Part shown: positions 25,201 to 33,681 of the stretch, piece after piece
Layout: the number at the start of each line of letters is the position of its first letter
Position numbering within the stretch: position 1 is the first letter of the stretch
NCBI GenBank assembly: GCA_965242755.1
Contig: OZ251500.1
Location: 1,921,339-1,985,338, forward strand
Reading direction: 5' to 3'
Source: Dehalococcoidia bacterium
GTDB taxonomy: Bacteria > Chloroflexota > Dehalococcoidia > Lucifugimonadales > Australimonadaceae
Length of the DNA: 64,000 nt
Notes under the pieces: generated by a model
Told to the model about the DNA's origin: nothing
Seen by the model: only the letters and a program-made list of their open reading frames with translations
The model's database searches: none
Position numbers and translations under genes: made by a program

Positions 25201-25689
25201 GCGGCCGGCGGCGTGAGGCAGTGCTACGCGGTCGGGAGCGACTTGCAGCCCCGCGCAGTGAGCCCCGCGCAGTTCGCCGCAGCCGCCGCCTGCGAGCCGG
25301 ACACGCCCGCCGCTCCGCTTCCCGACGATACGAACGAGCGCGTTACGGCCGCGAGCGCCGACTTCCGCCGGAGCCTCGGCAGACGGCTGGGCAGAGCCCG
25401 CCGCCCCCACGACGCGCGCCGACGCTACGTCGAGCGCAGCCTCCGCGACCCGGAGGTCGACGATCCGCGCGCGGACGCCCTGCGCCGCATCTTCACCAAC
25501 GACCTCCCGCATGAAGCGGAGACCGCGCTCAACGACGCCCGCCGCTTGGGGCTGCAAGGCAAAGCCTTGCTCGACCGCCTCCACGCGCTCCGCGAGCGCC
25601 ACCGCCTCAACCCGCCGGAGGCGGCGGACGCGGAAGCCGCGCAGCCGCGGGTCGTCCGCATCGTCTGCTCCGACGGCCTCGCGGAGTAG
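22213..25689 (+). CDS. PLD(HKD)-nuclease domain fused to an SNF2-family helicase/translocase
   Basis: The N-terminus carries a single HKD motif (GPLHAKAYLCW...VVGSSNLTLAGF). SNF2 motifs follow: DVVGLGKTFIG (I), VLVDEAHNFRN (II), LLSATPQNL (III), LLATDVVSEGQNLQD (V), NYDLHWNPVRLIQRFGRVDRIG (VI). Confidence 0.85.
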   Translation: MNVLHARTDPPLLDRLKEMLAHSARADFAVGYFFISGFEAVADSLAGVQKARILVGHADKQVTEQVAYGLQQAEAIRARQEADDSPRRREREESARRAAENVGKAASLMPQDAASERAVAALRDLIASGRAEVRSYARGPLHAKAYLCWYEGHAEPGAAVVGSSNLTLAGFTRNTELNVRVTGDAEMRELGRWFDELWEDSADIGQEIVEELNRSWALARTTPYEVYLKALCELYGDEAGEPLPLAPGRSEELANFQLDAAARALRMIDERGGCYIGDVVGLGKTFIGAEILRQLRVSYPNDGPPLILCPAGLVPMWRRFNERFGLGAEVVSHSIIGEPPGQEYDDELGRYVDADAPGGGIILREAYPNRGAVLVDEAHNFRNVNRRSRGLRNYLESGSHKVVLLSATPQNLGPMDVYRQLRLFLDETAHGLDIDPVNLEEYFRNAQRWREFRADDENYRKSYEKWERGGRAGPAPMNKPSPPGVPRADVENVLHPVFIRRRRKDIVEIYGASAEVNGKPVRFPEPRLDNLSYRLDAVYKKAGALPDLMAALDAHTGARYRAAEYVKPEARDKPEHRDLFRAGDRIAGLMRVQLLKRLESSIEAFRSTLNSLAQSNRKFAQALKSGYVPIGRTAARMLAGQGFGADELLDVLRQEEERRGGAGGGSRGKFTHAAADFRVKDWIADLDKDHAALSGLLDRVKDIGPEDDSKLAALREFLKRPDVQAGKLLVFSEAETTIDYLYRQLNPDGADPSIARLSGSNRDQIEQITRRFSPGSNGGAPSGAAEARALLATDVVSEGQNLQDCARVLNYDLHWNPVRLIQRFGRVDRIGSEHAFIHLHNMWPDMEVDARLSLTERLRNRVQWFHDLIGLDTKLLSEAERLNGAAMYRIYERKELPDDEDDMDEAAAGQRGVALLQRIRESDPSLWERLASLPDGIRSALRVRSAQGSEPGGAQAGGRSGEEGGGAQIPLVSPSDPGAPPSAFDPPRPGETLALMAAGGVRQCYAVGSDLQPRAVSPAQFAAAAACEPDTPAAPLPDDTNERVTAASADFRRSLGRRLGRARRPHDARRRYVERSLRDPEVDDPRADALRRIFTNDLPHEAETALNDARRLGLQGKALLDRLHALRERHRLNPPEAADAEAAQPRVVRIVCSDGLAE

Positions 25690-25698
25690 TCGGCGCTC

Positions 25699-26820
25699 TT
25701 ACGCGCGGTTGGGAATGAACTCCCCCATGCGGGACTTGAGGCCGCGCTTGGCGAGTTCCGCCTCGAAGAGGTCGTGGATGCGCGGGTCCTCGTCTTCGTA
25801 CTCGATCTGCATGCCGCCGGCCTTCTCCGACTTGTCCATGTTCTCGTAGTTCCACATTTTGGACTCGAGCACGGGGTAGCGCGCGCCGCCGAAGTCGAAC
25901 ACGAGGTAGCGCGACTGGCCGGGCGAGACGTTGAAGTGCTGGTGGTAGGTCGGGCCGTCGGGCGGCGCGTAGAGCGTGCCCGGCTTCCAGTCGACGCGGA
26001 CGGTGTCCACGGGGTTTTCGCCCTCCTTCCAGAGGAGGGAGTAGCCCTCGCCGGTGACGCAGAAGATGTGGGCGCCGGCGTTGTGGGCGTGCGCCTTCTT
26101 GTAGGTGCCCTCAAAAAACTGGGAGATGTGGCAGTGCATCGAGGAGTCGCCGAGCAGGAACTGGATGTTGTTGCCGGCGGCGCCTCGCGCGACCCACGGG
26201 GGGAGTTCGAAGTTGACGAGTTCCGGCACGAAGTTCGTCTCCCACTGGTGGCGTCCGGGCTTGACCTGGCGGAACTCGCCCTCGCCTTCGAAGTACTTCT
26301 CGGCGGCCATGCGCTCCGGGAATTGGAAGGCGTTGTCGTAGATGAAGTCGGCGTTGCGGAAGACGTTGAAGATGATGGGGAGGTCGGTGACGGCGGCGAG
26401 GCGGGCGGGCTCCGTTCCCGACCCGTTGAAGATCTGGTGCTTGGCGTTGAGGGGGATGGCGAAGATGGCGCTGGGGCCCCACTCGAAGGAGTACTTGCGC
26501 TCGTCGGGGCGCTCGATGACGGTCGACCCGCGCCCGGAGACGACGTGGATCAGTTCGTCGTGCATGTGCCGCTCGGGCTTCAGTTCGCCGCCCGGGGGGA
26601 TCTCGACGACGTAGGCGGAGAGGTAGTCGCTCTTGCCCGCGACGTGGACGTACGTTCCGAGCCCGCCGAGGCGCTCCCACGGCTCGACCGGGACGGTATG
26701 GCAGTCCACGGCGTAGCCCTCGAAAACGGGGACGCCCTCCTCTTTGAGGAAGTCGCGGTAGGGGAAGACCCCGTAATAGGGGTTGAACTCAACGTCGTCG
26801 CCCATAGCATGCTCCGGCAC
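25699..26820 (-). CDS. Bicupin protein (gentisate 1,2-dioxygenase-like fold), paralogue 1
   Basis: Two cupin cores are present (VVEIPPGGELKPERHMHDELIHVVSGRG and GTYKKAHAHNAGAHIFCVTGEGYS). It is collinear with 60172..61302 along its full length. Confidence 0.7.
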   Translation of the reverse strand: MPEHAMGDDVEFNPYYGVFPYRDFLKEEGVPVFEGYAVDCHTVPVEPWERLGGLGTYVHVAGKSDYLSAYVVEIPPGGELKPERHMHDELIHVVSGRGSTVIERPDERKYSFEWGPSAIFAIPLNAKHQIFNGSGTEPARLAAVTDLPIIFNVFRNADFIYDNAFQFPERMAAEKYFEGEGEFRQVKPGRHQWETNFVPELVNFELPPWVARGAAGNNIQFLLGDSSMHCHISQFFEGTYKKAHAHNAGAHIFCVTGEGYSLLWKEGENPVDTVRVDWKPGTLYAPPDGPTYHQHFNVSPGQSRYLVFDFGGARYPVLESKMWNYENMDKSEKAGGMQIEYEDEDPRIHDLFEAELAKRGLKSRMGEFIPNRA

Positions 26821-26870
26821 GGGTCAGGATTGGCGCGCAGGTTACACCATCGGGCGGCGGGGCGCTAGCA

Positions 26871-29366
26871 TTGGGGACGCGGACGGGCAAGCCGCGCGGG
26901 GAGGCCAACTCATTGCCTGAAGCATATCGTCAAGCGCGGAGGGCGGGTCGCGCCTCTCGTTTTTGGCTGCCGGCCGCCGCGCTTGGCCTCGCGGCGATAG
27001 CCGCCGCCGCGTGCTCCGGGTCTGCGCCGTCGCCTACGCCTTCGGCGTCCGCCGCGCCCGCCCCAACGCCTGCGATCAGGATCGTCGAGTCGCTCGCCGC
27101 GCCCTCCGGGGTCGCCGTGGACGCCGCCGACAGGCGCCTCGCCGTTTCGTGGAGCCCGGTCGACGGCGCGACGGGCTACAAGGTCGCCGCCAGGCTGAAG
27201 AACGGCGTCGAACCCTTCGAGTGGAGCGAATACGCGGCGGACTCGTCGCCCTACGTCGTTCCTGACAGGTGGGCGGCGATGAGCGGGCTAGAGTATGAAG
27301 TCCGGACCGCCTCGGTCAACGCGGAAGGGCAATCCGTTTGGTCCGCCTCCGTTGCGGTGACGGCCCCCGAACTTCCCCGGGCGCCCGCCGGGGCCCTTGA
27401 AACTGAGACCTCCGGCCCGTATGCGGTGGGGGATCTGATGCGCGCGAGCCTGAGGAGCCAGAGGCCGATCGACCGCAAGTCGCTGTTCGTTTGGTCGGTA
27501 TGCGATCCGGAGGGGCAAGAGTGCGAACTGTTGCCCATCGTTGAACCGTCTTCCTATCTCTACCTTGTTCCTTGGGCCGCGCGAGGAAAGCGCGTGCAGG
27601 TTCAGACAGACTACGACAAAGACGGCTTGTCGTACACCGCAACGATTGCTCTTGGGGTCGTCAGTCTCACAGGATCGACTTTTCCTCAAGTGGATATGCC
27701 TCCGGGATGCGAGAGAGCGGCCCCTTCCGCGAGCGTGAACGCATTTACCCCGGAACCTCCTCTGTCTACGCTTTTGCACTACGTGGGATCGGAATCGGTT
27801 CAAATCGATTGGGACGGCGTAGGCGGCGGGGCTAGCGAGCCGCTCTGCAACGACCTGCTGGTCGCGACGCCTTGGGGGAGGATGGCCTTGGTGCGCGCGA
27901 ATGGAAAGGTGGAGCAACTCGAAGGGCAAGTTCCGATGAATTTAGAGGGGTTGCGCGAGCATCCGGACAGCTCCACCTTCGCTCCCAGCAGGTTTCGAGT
28001 CGCCGATATCCTGCTGAAGCAGCGCTCCAATTATCTATGGGATCTGTTCGTCACTCATCATTACTTCACTGGAGATTGCACTCGGTTTCGCTTGTCGTCC
28101 ACGATGGTTGCGATGGAAAACGGCAACCCTATAGTGTCCCCTTCATGGAGAACATTGTTCGATGCTGATCCATGCTTGGACTCGCCGGCGCATAGCGGAT
28201 ATCACTCGGGCGGGAAAATGTTAACTGACGGGGCGGAGCATCTGTTGGTCGTGATTGGCGACCATGGCTGGCTAAATACGGGCGGGGACACGCCGGGCGG
28301 ACGCGCTCTCTGGGCTCCTCAAGATCCCGGATCCCATTTAGGCAAACTGGTCCGCGTCGAAATCGCCTCCGGCGAGACGGAGATCCTGGCGTTTGGCCTT
28401 CGCAATCCGCAAGGGTTTGCGCGGGATGCGGAAGGCAATCTCTGGGAAACCGAGCACGGGCCGCAGGGCGGCGACGAACTCAACCTGCTCGAACCCGGTC
28501 TCAATTACGGCTGGCCTTCGGCAAGTTACGGAATTCCGTACGGCGGATACGTCATGGCTTCAGAAGTAGACGCTGTGGGCGAGCACGAAGGCTTTGTCAA
28601 ACCCAGATTCGCATGGGCCACCGCCATCGGCGTATCCGCCATGGTCGTGAATGACAAACGATGGTTTCCTCTGTGGAGAGACGACCTGCTGATCGGTTCG
28701 CTGGGATCCGATGAAACCGGGCGCTCGCTCTTCCGCGTCCGGCTCGACGGGACCCGCGCGCAGTATGTGGAGCGGATACCTGTCGGCGGGCGAGTGCGAG
28801 ACATCGCCCAGATGCCGGACGGACGCATAGCGCTGCTTATCGACGGGGGAACAGTCCGCTTCCTAAGCCGATCATCAGAACCCTGCGCCGACCGGACGGA
28901 GGAGCGACTGCGGCAGCGACTGCCGGTCTACGCGATTGGCTGCGACGCTTTGGCCGCGTTCGAAGCGAACCAAGCGGATTCGACGGACGAGAACGCGGGA
29001 GGGGCATACATCAGCCAAGACCCGTCGAGTTTAGCGAACGGCGCAAACTCAGCGGAAGGCAAGCCCGCCAGTGGAGCGCAACTCTACATGACGAACTGTG
29101 AAATCTGCCATAGCCTTGTCGCCAACCAGCACGGAATCGGTCCGCATCTTGCGAATCTCGTTGGGCGACGCATCGGGGAAGTGGACGGATGGAATTCGTC
29201 AGGGGCGCTCCGCTCGCTCGACGGCGTATGGACGCGGGACAGCCTCGCGCGGTTCCTCGCGGATCCGCAGGCGTTCGCGCCGGGGACGACGATGGGGTCG
29301 CAGGGGCTCTCCGAGTCGGAGGCCAGGGCTATCGCGGACTATGTCGCCGGACTGCGGGGCGAGTAG
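26871..29366 (+). CDS. Secreted lipoprotein: FN3-like module, PQQ-dependent sugar dehydrogenase beta-propeller and C-terminal cytochrome c domain (paralogue 1)
   Basis: Lipobox AIAAAACSG. FN3-like WSPVDGATGYKVAARLKNG. The SGDH signature reads FGLRNPQGFARDAEGNLWETEHGPQGGDELNLLEPGLNYGWP. Heme c site CEICH. It has a TTG start. Confidence 0.8.
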   Translation: MGTRTGKPRGEANSLPEAYRQARRAGRASRFWLPAAALGLAAIAAAACSGSAPSPTPSASAAPAPTPAIRIVESLAAPSGVAVDAADRRLAVSWSPVDGATGYKVAARLKNGVEPFEWSEYAADSSPYVVPDRWAAMSGLEYEVRTASVNAEGQSVWSASVAVTAPELPRAPAGALETETSGPYAVGDLMRASLRSQRPIDRKSLFVWSVCDPEGQECELLPIVEPSSYLYLVPWAARGKRVQVQTDYDKDGLSYTATIALGVVSLTGSTFPQVDMPPGCERAAPSASVNAFTPEPPLSTLLHYVGSESVQIDWDGVGGGASEPLCNDLLVATPWGRMALVRANGKVEQLEGQVPMNLEGLREHPDSSTFAPSRFRVADILLKQRSNYLWDLFVTHHYFTGDCTRFRLSSTMVAMENGNPIVSPSWRTLFDADPCLDSPAHSGYHSGGKMLTDGAEHLLVVIGDHGWLNTGGDTPGGRALWAPQDPGSHLGKLVRVEIASGETEILAFGLRNPQGFARDAEGNLWETEHGPQGGDELNLLEPGLNYGWPSASYGIPYGGYVMASEVDAVGEHEGFVKPRFAWATAIGVSAMVVNDKRWFPLWRDDLLIGSLGSDETGRSLFRVRLDGTRAQYVERIPVGGRVRDIAQMPDGRIALLIDGGTVRFLSRSSEPCADRTEERLRQRLPVYAIGCDALAAFEANQADSTDENAGGAYISQDPSSLANGANSAEGKPASGAQLYMTNCEICHSLVANQHGIGPHLANLVGRRIGEVDGWNSSGALRSLDGVWTRDSLARFLADPQAFAPGTTMGSQGLSESEARAIADYVAGLRGE

Positions 29367-29367
29367 G

Positions 29368-29428
29368 CTACGCCTCCAAGCGGCGGCAGCGCCGAGCGGC
29401 GGCGCTGAGGACGGCGATGAGCGCGAAG
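29368..29428 (-). pseudogene. Remnant of the 3-prime end of the MFS transporter gene, carried along by the tandem duplication
   Basis: CTACGCCTCCAAGCGGCGGCAGCGCCGAGCGGCGGCGCTGAGGACGGCGATGAGCGCGA matches 32135-32195 (the real MFS gene end) with a few substitutions. Confidence 0.6.
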
Positions 29429-29674
29429 GCGCGACCAACGCCGCAATGGAGCGCGCCCGGCAACGGCAAACCCGCTTCGGTCTGTGGCATACTCAACAAG
29501 CGGGCTGGAAGAGAAGCAACAAACCTGCTCCTCAGGCAAGAGGCGGCCGCGCCGCTGAAGCGGCTAAACGCGCGTCGATGTCGATGCGCTCGCCGCCCCG
29601 GGGCGTTGATCGCGAAATCGGAGTCCTGCCTACGCGCGCCGCCCCGCGCGCCGGCGGCGCGCGGGGCGCTAGCA

Positions 29675-32101
29675 TTGGAGAAGCGAATAGGCAAGCTGCG
29701 GGAGGCCAACTCGTTGCCTGGAACAGATCGTCATCAAGCGCGGAGAACGGGACGCTTGTTTCATTGGGCGGCGTCGGCGCTTGGCTTCGCGGCGATAGCC
29801 GCCGCCGCGTGCTCCGGGTCTGCGCCGTCGCCTGCGCCATCGGCGTCCGTCGCGCCCACCCTTACGCCTACCCCTAGAATCATCGCATCGCTAGCCGCTC
29901 CCTCCCGCGTCACGGCGTCCGCCGCCGACAGGCGGCTCGCCGTTTCGTGGAGCCCGGTCGATGGCGCGACAGGCTATAAGGTCGCCGCCAGGCTGAAGAA
30001 CGGCGTCGAACCCTTCGAGTGGAGCGAACATGAGGCAAACTCGCCGCCCTACGTCATTGCGGAGCGGTGGGCGGCGATGAGCGGGCTGGAGTACGAGATT
30101 CGGACCGCCTCGGTCAACAACGACGGTCAATCCGCATGGTCCCCCCCCGTTGCGGTGACGGCTCCTGAACTTCGATCAGCATCCCCCGATGCGGTCGGAA
30201 TCCTGTCCTCGCCTCCTTACAGGGCGGGAGACCTTATGCAGGTCCAATTATCCAGTCAACGTCCGTTCGCCCGCAGGTCGCTGTGGGTTTGGTCGGTATG
30301 CGATTCAGACGGGCAAGAATGTGAACTATTGGATCTCGATGAGGAGAGGTCTTACGATAAATTAGTCCCAGCAGCGGCGCGAGGGAAGCGCATGCAAATT
30401 CAGGTGGACTACGACAAGGATGGCTTGTCCTACACGGCGACGGCGGCGGTGGGGGTTGTCGGCCTTGAAGACGGTTGGGGGCCGACCCTCCCTAGCCCGA
30501 CGCTCCCGCCGGGTTGCGAGGGAGCGGCTCTTCCGTCGGGCGGAGGCGCATTCGCGTCGGACGGCGCTCTGGCTACGCTCTTGCATCATATAGAGTCTCA
30601 GTCGGTCGCTGTAGATTGGGACAACGCAACCGGAGGAGCGATCGAACCGCTCTGCAACAACGCGCTCGTCGTAACGCCATGGGGCCGGATAGCGCTGGCG
30701 CGTCCGAACGGAGCCGTGGACTATCTGGATGGCCGCGTTCCGATGAATCTGGAAGGACTTCTGTCTCATCAGGACAGCGCGACCTTCTACCCTGACGTCT
30801 TTCGAGTCACCGACGTTTTGCTGAGGCAGCAGTCGGAAGACCTCTGGGAGATGTTCGTTACGCATCATTATTTCACAGGAGAATGCAATCGGTTCCGCTT
30901 GTCTGCCGCAACGATTCTTTGGCAAGCGGGGGCGGCTTCAGTCTCGCCTGATTGGAGGACGATATTCGACGCCGATCCTTGCATGCCTCCTCAGGGGGTT
31001 TGGGGGAGGCACGCGGGCGGGAAAATGTTGACGGATGGGCCCGATCATCTCCTCGTTGTCGTCGGAGATCACAACTATAAGTGGACGCCACAGAATCCCG
31101 AATCTCATATGGGCAAATTGGTTCGGATTGCGATTGATTCGGGAGAAGCGGAGTTTCTGGCTTTCGGTCTTCGGAATCCGCAAGGATTCGCCCGTGACGC
31201 GGAGGGCAATCTCTGGGAGACGGAGCACGGGCCGCTAGGCGGCGATGAACTCAATATCCTCGAGCCCGGCTCCAATTACGGGTGGCCTTCGGCGAGTTAC
31301 GGAATCGACTACACCAGGCGAGTTAGCTTACGGGAGTGGGAGACTGCAGGCAAGCACGAAGGCTTCGTAAAACCCCGCTTCGCTTGGGTTCCCTCGATCG
31401 GCATCTCCGCCGTTATTGTGAACGATGAGCAATGGTTTCCGTTGTGGAGAGACGACCTTTTGGTCGCTTCGCTAGCGGGCGCCCAGGGAAGCGGCAAAGC
31501 GCTCTTCCGGGTCCGTCGCGACGGGACGGATGTCCGGTATGTCGAACGCATCGAGGTCGGCTACCGCATGCGCGACCTGACGCAGATGCCGGACGGGCGC
31601 ATAGCCGTGCTTGCCGACGGCGGCAGCGTCCACTTCCTCAGCCTCTCCCCGCACTGCGATGAGGAGTCGCGGCGTCAGCAACTCGTCTACGTCATCGGCT
31701 GCGGCCCCTTGGGCGACGGAGCGGCAGACGCGCCTGGATCGGGCGGCCCACCGTCTACTACTCCTCCCGTCGTCGTCGGGGACGCGGACGAGGCCGCCGC
31801 AGCGTCAGGCGCTCGGTTATACGCGGTGAACTGCGCCGCCTGCCATAGCCTTGTCGCCAATCAGCACGGAATAGGCCCGCACCTCGTCGGCCTCATCGGG
31901 CGGCGCATCGGGGAAGTGGACGGATGGAATTCGTCAGAGGCGCTCCGCTCGCTCGGCGGCGTATGGACGCGGGACAGCCTCGCGCAGTTCCTCGCGGATC
32001 CGCAGGCGTTCGCGCCGGGGACGACGATGGGCGCGCAAGGGCTCTCCGAGCCGGAGGCCATGGCTATCGCGGACTACATCGCCGGACTGCGGGGCGAGTA
32101 G
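29675..32101 (+). CDS. FN3-like, PQQ sugar dehydrogenase and cytochrome c lipoprotein (paralogue 2)
   Basis: Same architecture as 26871..29366. The start is set to the in-frame TTG at 29675, because the GCGCTAGCATTGG start context and the signal peptide align with paralogue 1. Signatures: FGLRNPQGFARDAEGNLWETEHGPLGGDELNILEPGSNYGWP and CAACH. Confidence 0.75.
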   Translation: MEKRIGKLREANSLPGTDRHQARRTGRLFHWAASALGFAAIAAAACSGSAPSPAPSASVAPTLTPTPRIIASLAAPSRVTASAADRRLAVSWSPVDGATGYKVAARLKNGVEPFEWSEHEANSPPYVIAERWAAMSGLEYEIRTASVNNDGQSAWSPPVAVTAPELRSASPDAVGILSSPPYRAGDLMQVQLSSQRPFARRSLWVWSVCDSDGQECELLDLDEERSYDKLVPAAARGKRMQIQVDYDKDGLSYTATAAVGVVGLEDGWGPTLPSPTLPPGCEGAALPSGGGAFASDGALATLLHHIESQSVAVDWDNATGGAIEPLCNNALVVTPWGRIALARPNGAVDYLDGRVPMNLEGLLSHQDSATFYPDVFRVTDVLLRQQSEDLWEMFVTHHYFTGECNRFRLSAATILWQAGAASVSPDWRTIFDADPCMPPQGVWGRHAGGKMLTDGPDHLLVVVGDHNYKWTPQNPESHMGKLVRIAIDSGEAEFLAFGLRNPQGFARDAEGNLWETEHGPLGGDELNILEPGSNYGWPSASYGIDYTRRVSLREWETAGKHEGFVKPRFAWVPSIGISAVIVNDEQWFPLWRDDLLVASLAGAQGSGKALFRVRRDGTDVRYVERIEVGYRMRDLTQMPDGRIAVLADGGSVHFLSLSPHCDEESRRQQLVYVIGCGPLGDGAADAPGSGGPPSTTPPVVVGDADEAAAASGARLYAVNCAACHSLVANQHGIGPHLVGLIGRRIGEVDGWNSSEALRSLGGVWTRDSLAQFLADPQAFAPGTTMGAQGLSEPEAMAIADYIAGLRGE

Positions 32102-32134
32102 CAGGAAAGCGTTGCGCGGGGGCTTCGGCTCTGC

Positions 32135-33397
32135 CTACGCCTCCAAGCGGCGGTAGCGCGGAGCCGCGGCGCTGAGGACGGCGATGAGCGCGAGAGCGGC
32201 TATCCCGCCGATGAGAAAGGCGTTGTCCACGCCGTAGACGCGCGAGAGCGCCCCCGCGATCAATCCCCCGAACGGCATCATGCCGATCTCCATCTGATAG
32301 ACGCCGATCACGCGCCCGCGCAGCGCGTCCGGCGTGATCGTGTGCACGATGGTCATATTCGTCGTCATCACCACCTGCACGAACATCTGCTGCAGGAGCA
32401 GGACGCCGACGGCGAGCCAGAGGGACGCGATTTGCGAAAGCGCGACGACGCTGACGGCGGCCAGCGCGAACGCGCCCGAGGCGAGCAGCCCCTTCCGCCG
32501 CGCCGACGAAAACGCGGCCAGCAGCGCCGTCCCCAGGAATCCGCCTATGCCCATCGCCATCAGCAGAAACCCCAGGTAGGTCCCGTCCTCGTTCCGCAGA
32601 ATCTCGGCGGCGTACACGGGCAGTTGGTTGAACACCATCGCCAGCATCGTGAACGAGAGGCCGAACGTCACGCCCGCCGTAAGCAGGGTGACGGGCTCGT
32701 TGATGACGTGGCGGAAGCCGTCGGCGAGGTTCCGCAGCGGCGAACGCTCCTTCGCCATGGCGCGGTCGGCGGTGTAGTAGGGCGTCCGCAAGCGCGCGAG
32801 CATCACGAGCGCCGCAAGGAAGAGCGCGCCTTGAATGAAAAAGTTGACGTCGGGCCCGAACCACGCGATGACGACCCCGCCGACGGCCGGGCCGAGCGCG
32901 CGCATCAGGTTGAAGGCCATCGAGATCATCGCGGTGGCGTTCATCAGCGCCTCGCGGGGCACGGTGTTGGCCGTCAGCACCTGCCGCACGGGATTGTTCG
33001 CCGCCCAGAGCAGCCCGAACGTCAGCGCGAAAGCGTAGAGATGCCAAACGCGCTGCAGGTCGAGCCTGAGGAGCAGCGCGAATCCGAACACGAGCGCCGT
33101 GACGAGCGCCTGGTCCACGAACAGCAACTTTCGCCGGTCGACGCGGTCGGCGATGACGCCGGTGATGGGGGAGAGCAGCAGGGGGAGCGTCCGCGAGCCG
33201 ACGACGCCGGCGACGTGCAAGGGGTCGCGGGTGAGGTCGTAGGCGAGCCAGCCGAGCGTGACCTGCTGGAACCAGACGCCGCCCGCGACGAGCCCGGTCG
33301 TGATCCAGAGGATGCGGAAGTCGGGGTAGCGGAGCGCCTGCGCGGACACGGGGCGCTCCGGCGCGGGCGCGGCGAGCTGCGGGTTGGTCGTTTCCAT
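32135..33397 (-). CDS. MFS transporter
   Basis: 420 aa with about 12 hydrophobic segments, and an MFS-type loop ITGVIADRVDRRKLL between TM2 and TM3. Confidence 0.8.
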   Translation of the reverse strand: METTNPQLAAPAPERPVSAQALRYPDFRILWITTGLVAGGVWFQQVTLGWLAYDLTRDPLHVAGVVGSRTLPLLLSPITGVIADRVDRRKLLFVDQALVTALVFGFALLLRLDLQRVWHLYAFALTFGLLWAANNPVRQVLTANTVPREALMNATAMISMAFNLMRALGPAVGGVVIAWFGPDVNFFIQGALFLAALVMLARLRTPYYTADRAMAKERSPLRNLADGFRHVINEPVTLLTAGVTFGLSFTMLAMVFNQLPVYAAEILRNEDGTYLGFLLMAMGIGGFLGTALLAAFSSARRKGLLASGAFALAAVSVVALSQIASLWLAVGVLLLQQMFVQVVMTTNMTIVHTITPDALRGRVIGVYQMEIGMMPFGGLIAGALSRVYGVDNAFLIGGIAALALIAVLSAAAPRYRRLEA

Positions 33398-33681
33398 TGG
33401 GTCGGCGGCTCCACTATACGCCGCGAGCGCTGCAATAGCGCGGTATCGGCGCCGCTCCTCTCTTATGCAGAGCCCCGCGTCCCGCGCGCCGCATCACGCG
33501 CCGACCGCGTATGCGCCCGCCCTGCCCGCGCAGGCGCGAACCCACCCCATGACCGTCATTCCCAACGCAGCTGCGAACCCACCCGGCGCGCAAGCGCCGC
33601 CCACGCCCTCTCCCGATGGCGGGAGAGGGCAGCCGCGTAGCGGCGGGTGAGGGTTGCGCCGCAAAGCGGCGCACATGCCCC

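Noticed and set aside
23254-25602. 782-aa ORF on the minus strand
   Set aside because: It is antisense to the PLD-SNF2 gene, which carries all the helicase motifs. No motifs are present in the antisense ORF, and it has shadow-ORF composition.
25699-26820. Treating the bicupin gene next to the helicase as part of the defence island
   Set aside because: It is on the opposite strand, has a full-length dispersed paralogue at 60172..61302 in a metabolic context, and carries metal-binding cupin motifs typical of dioxygenases or isomerases.
29189-29674. N-terminal 162-codon extension of the second PQQ-dehydrogenase paralogue given by the ORF track
   Set aside because: The extension overlaps the end of paralogue 1 and runs across the MFS-tail remnant. 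Homology with paralogue 1 begins only at the TTG at 29675.
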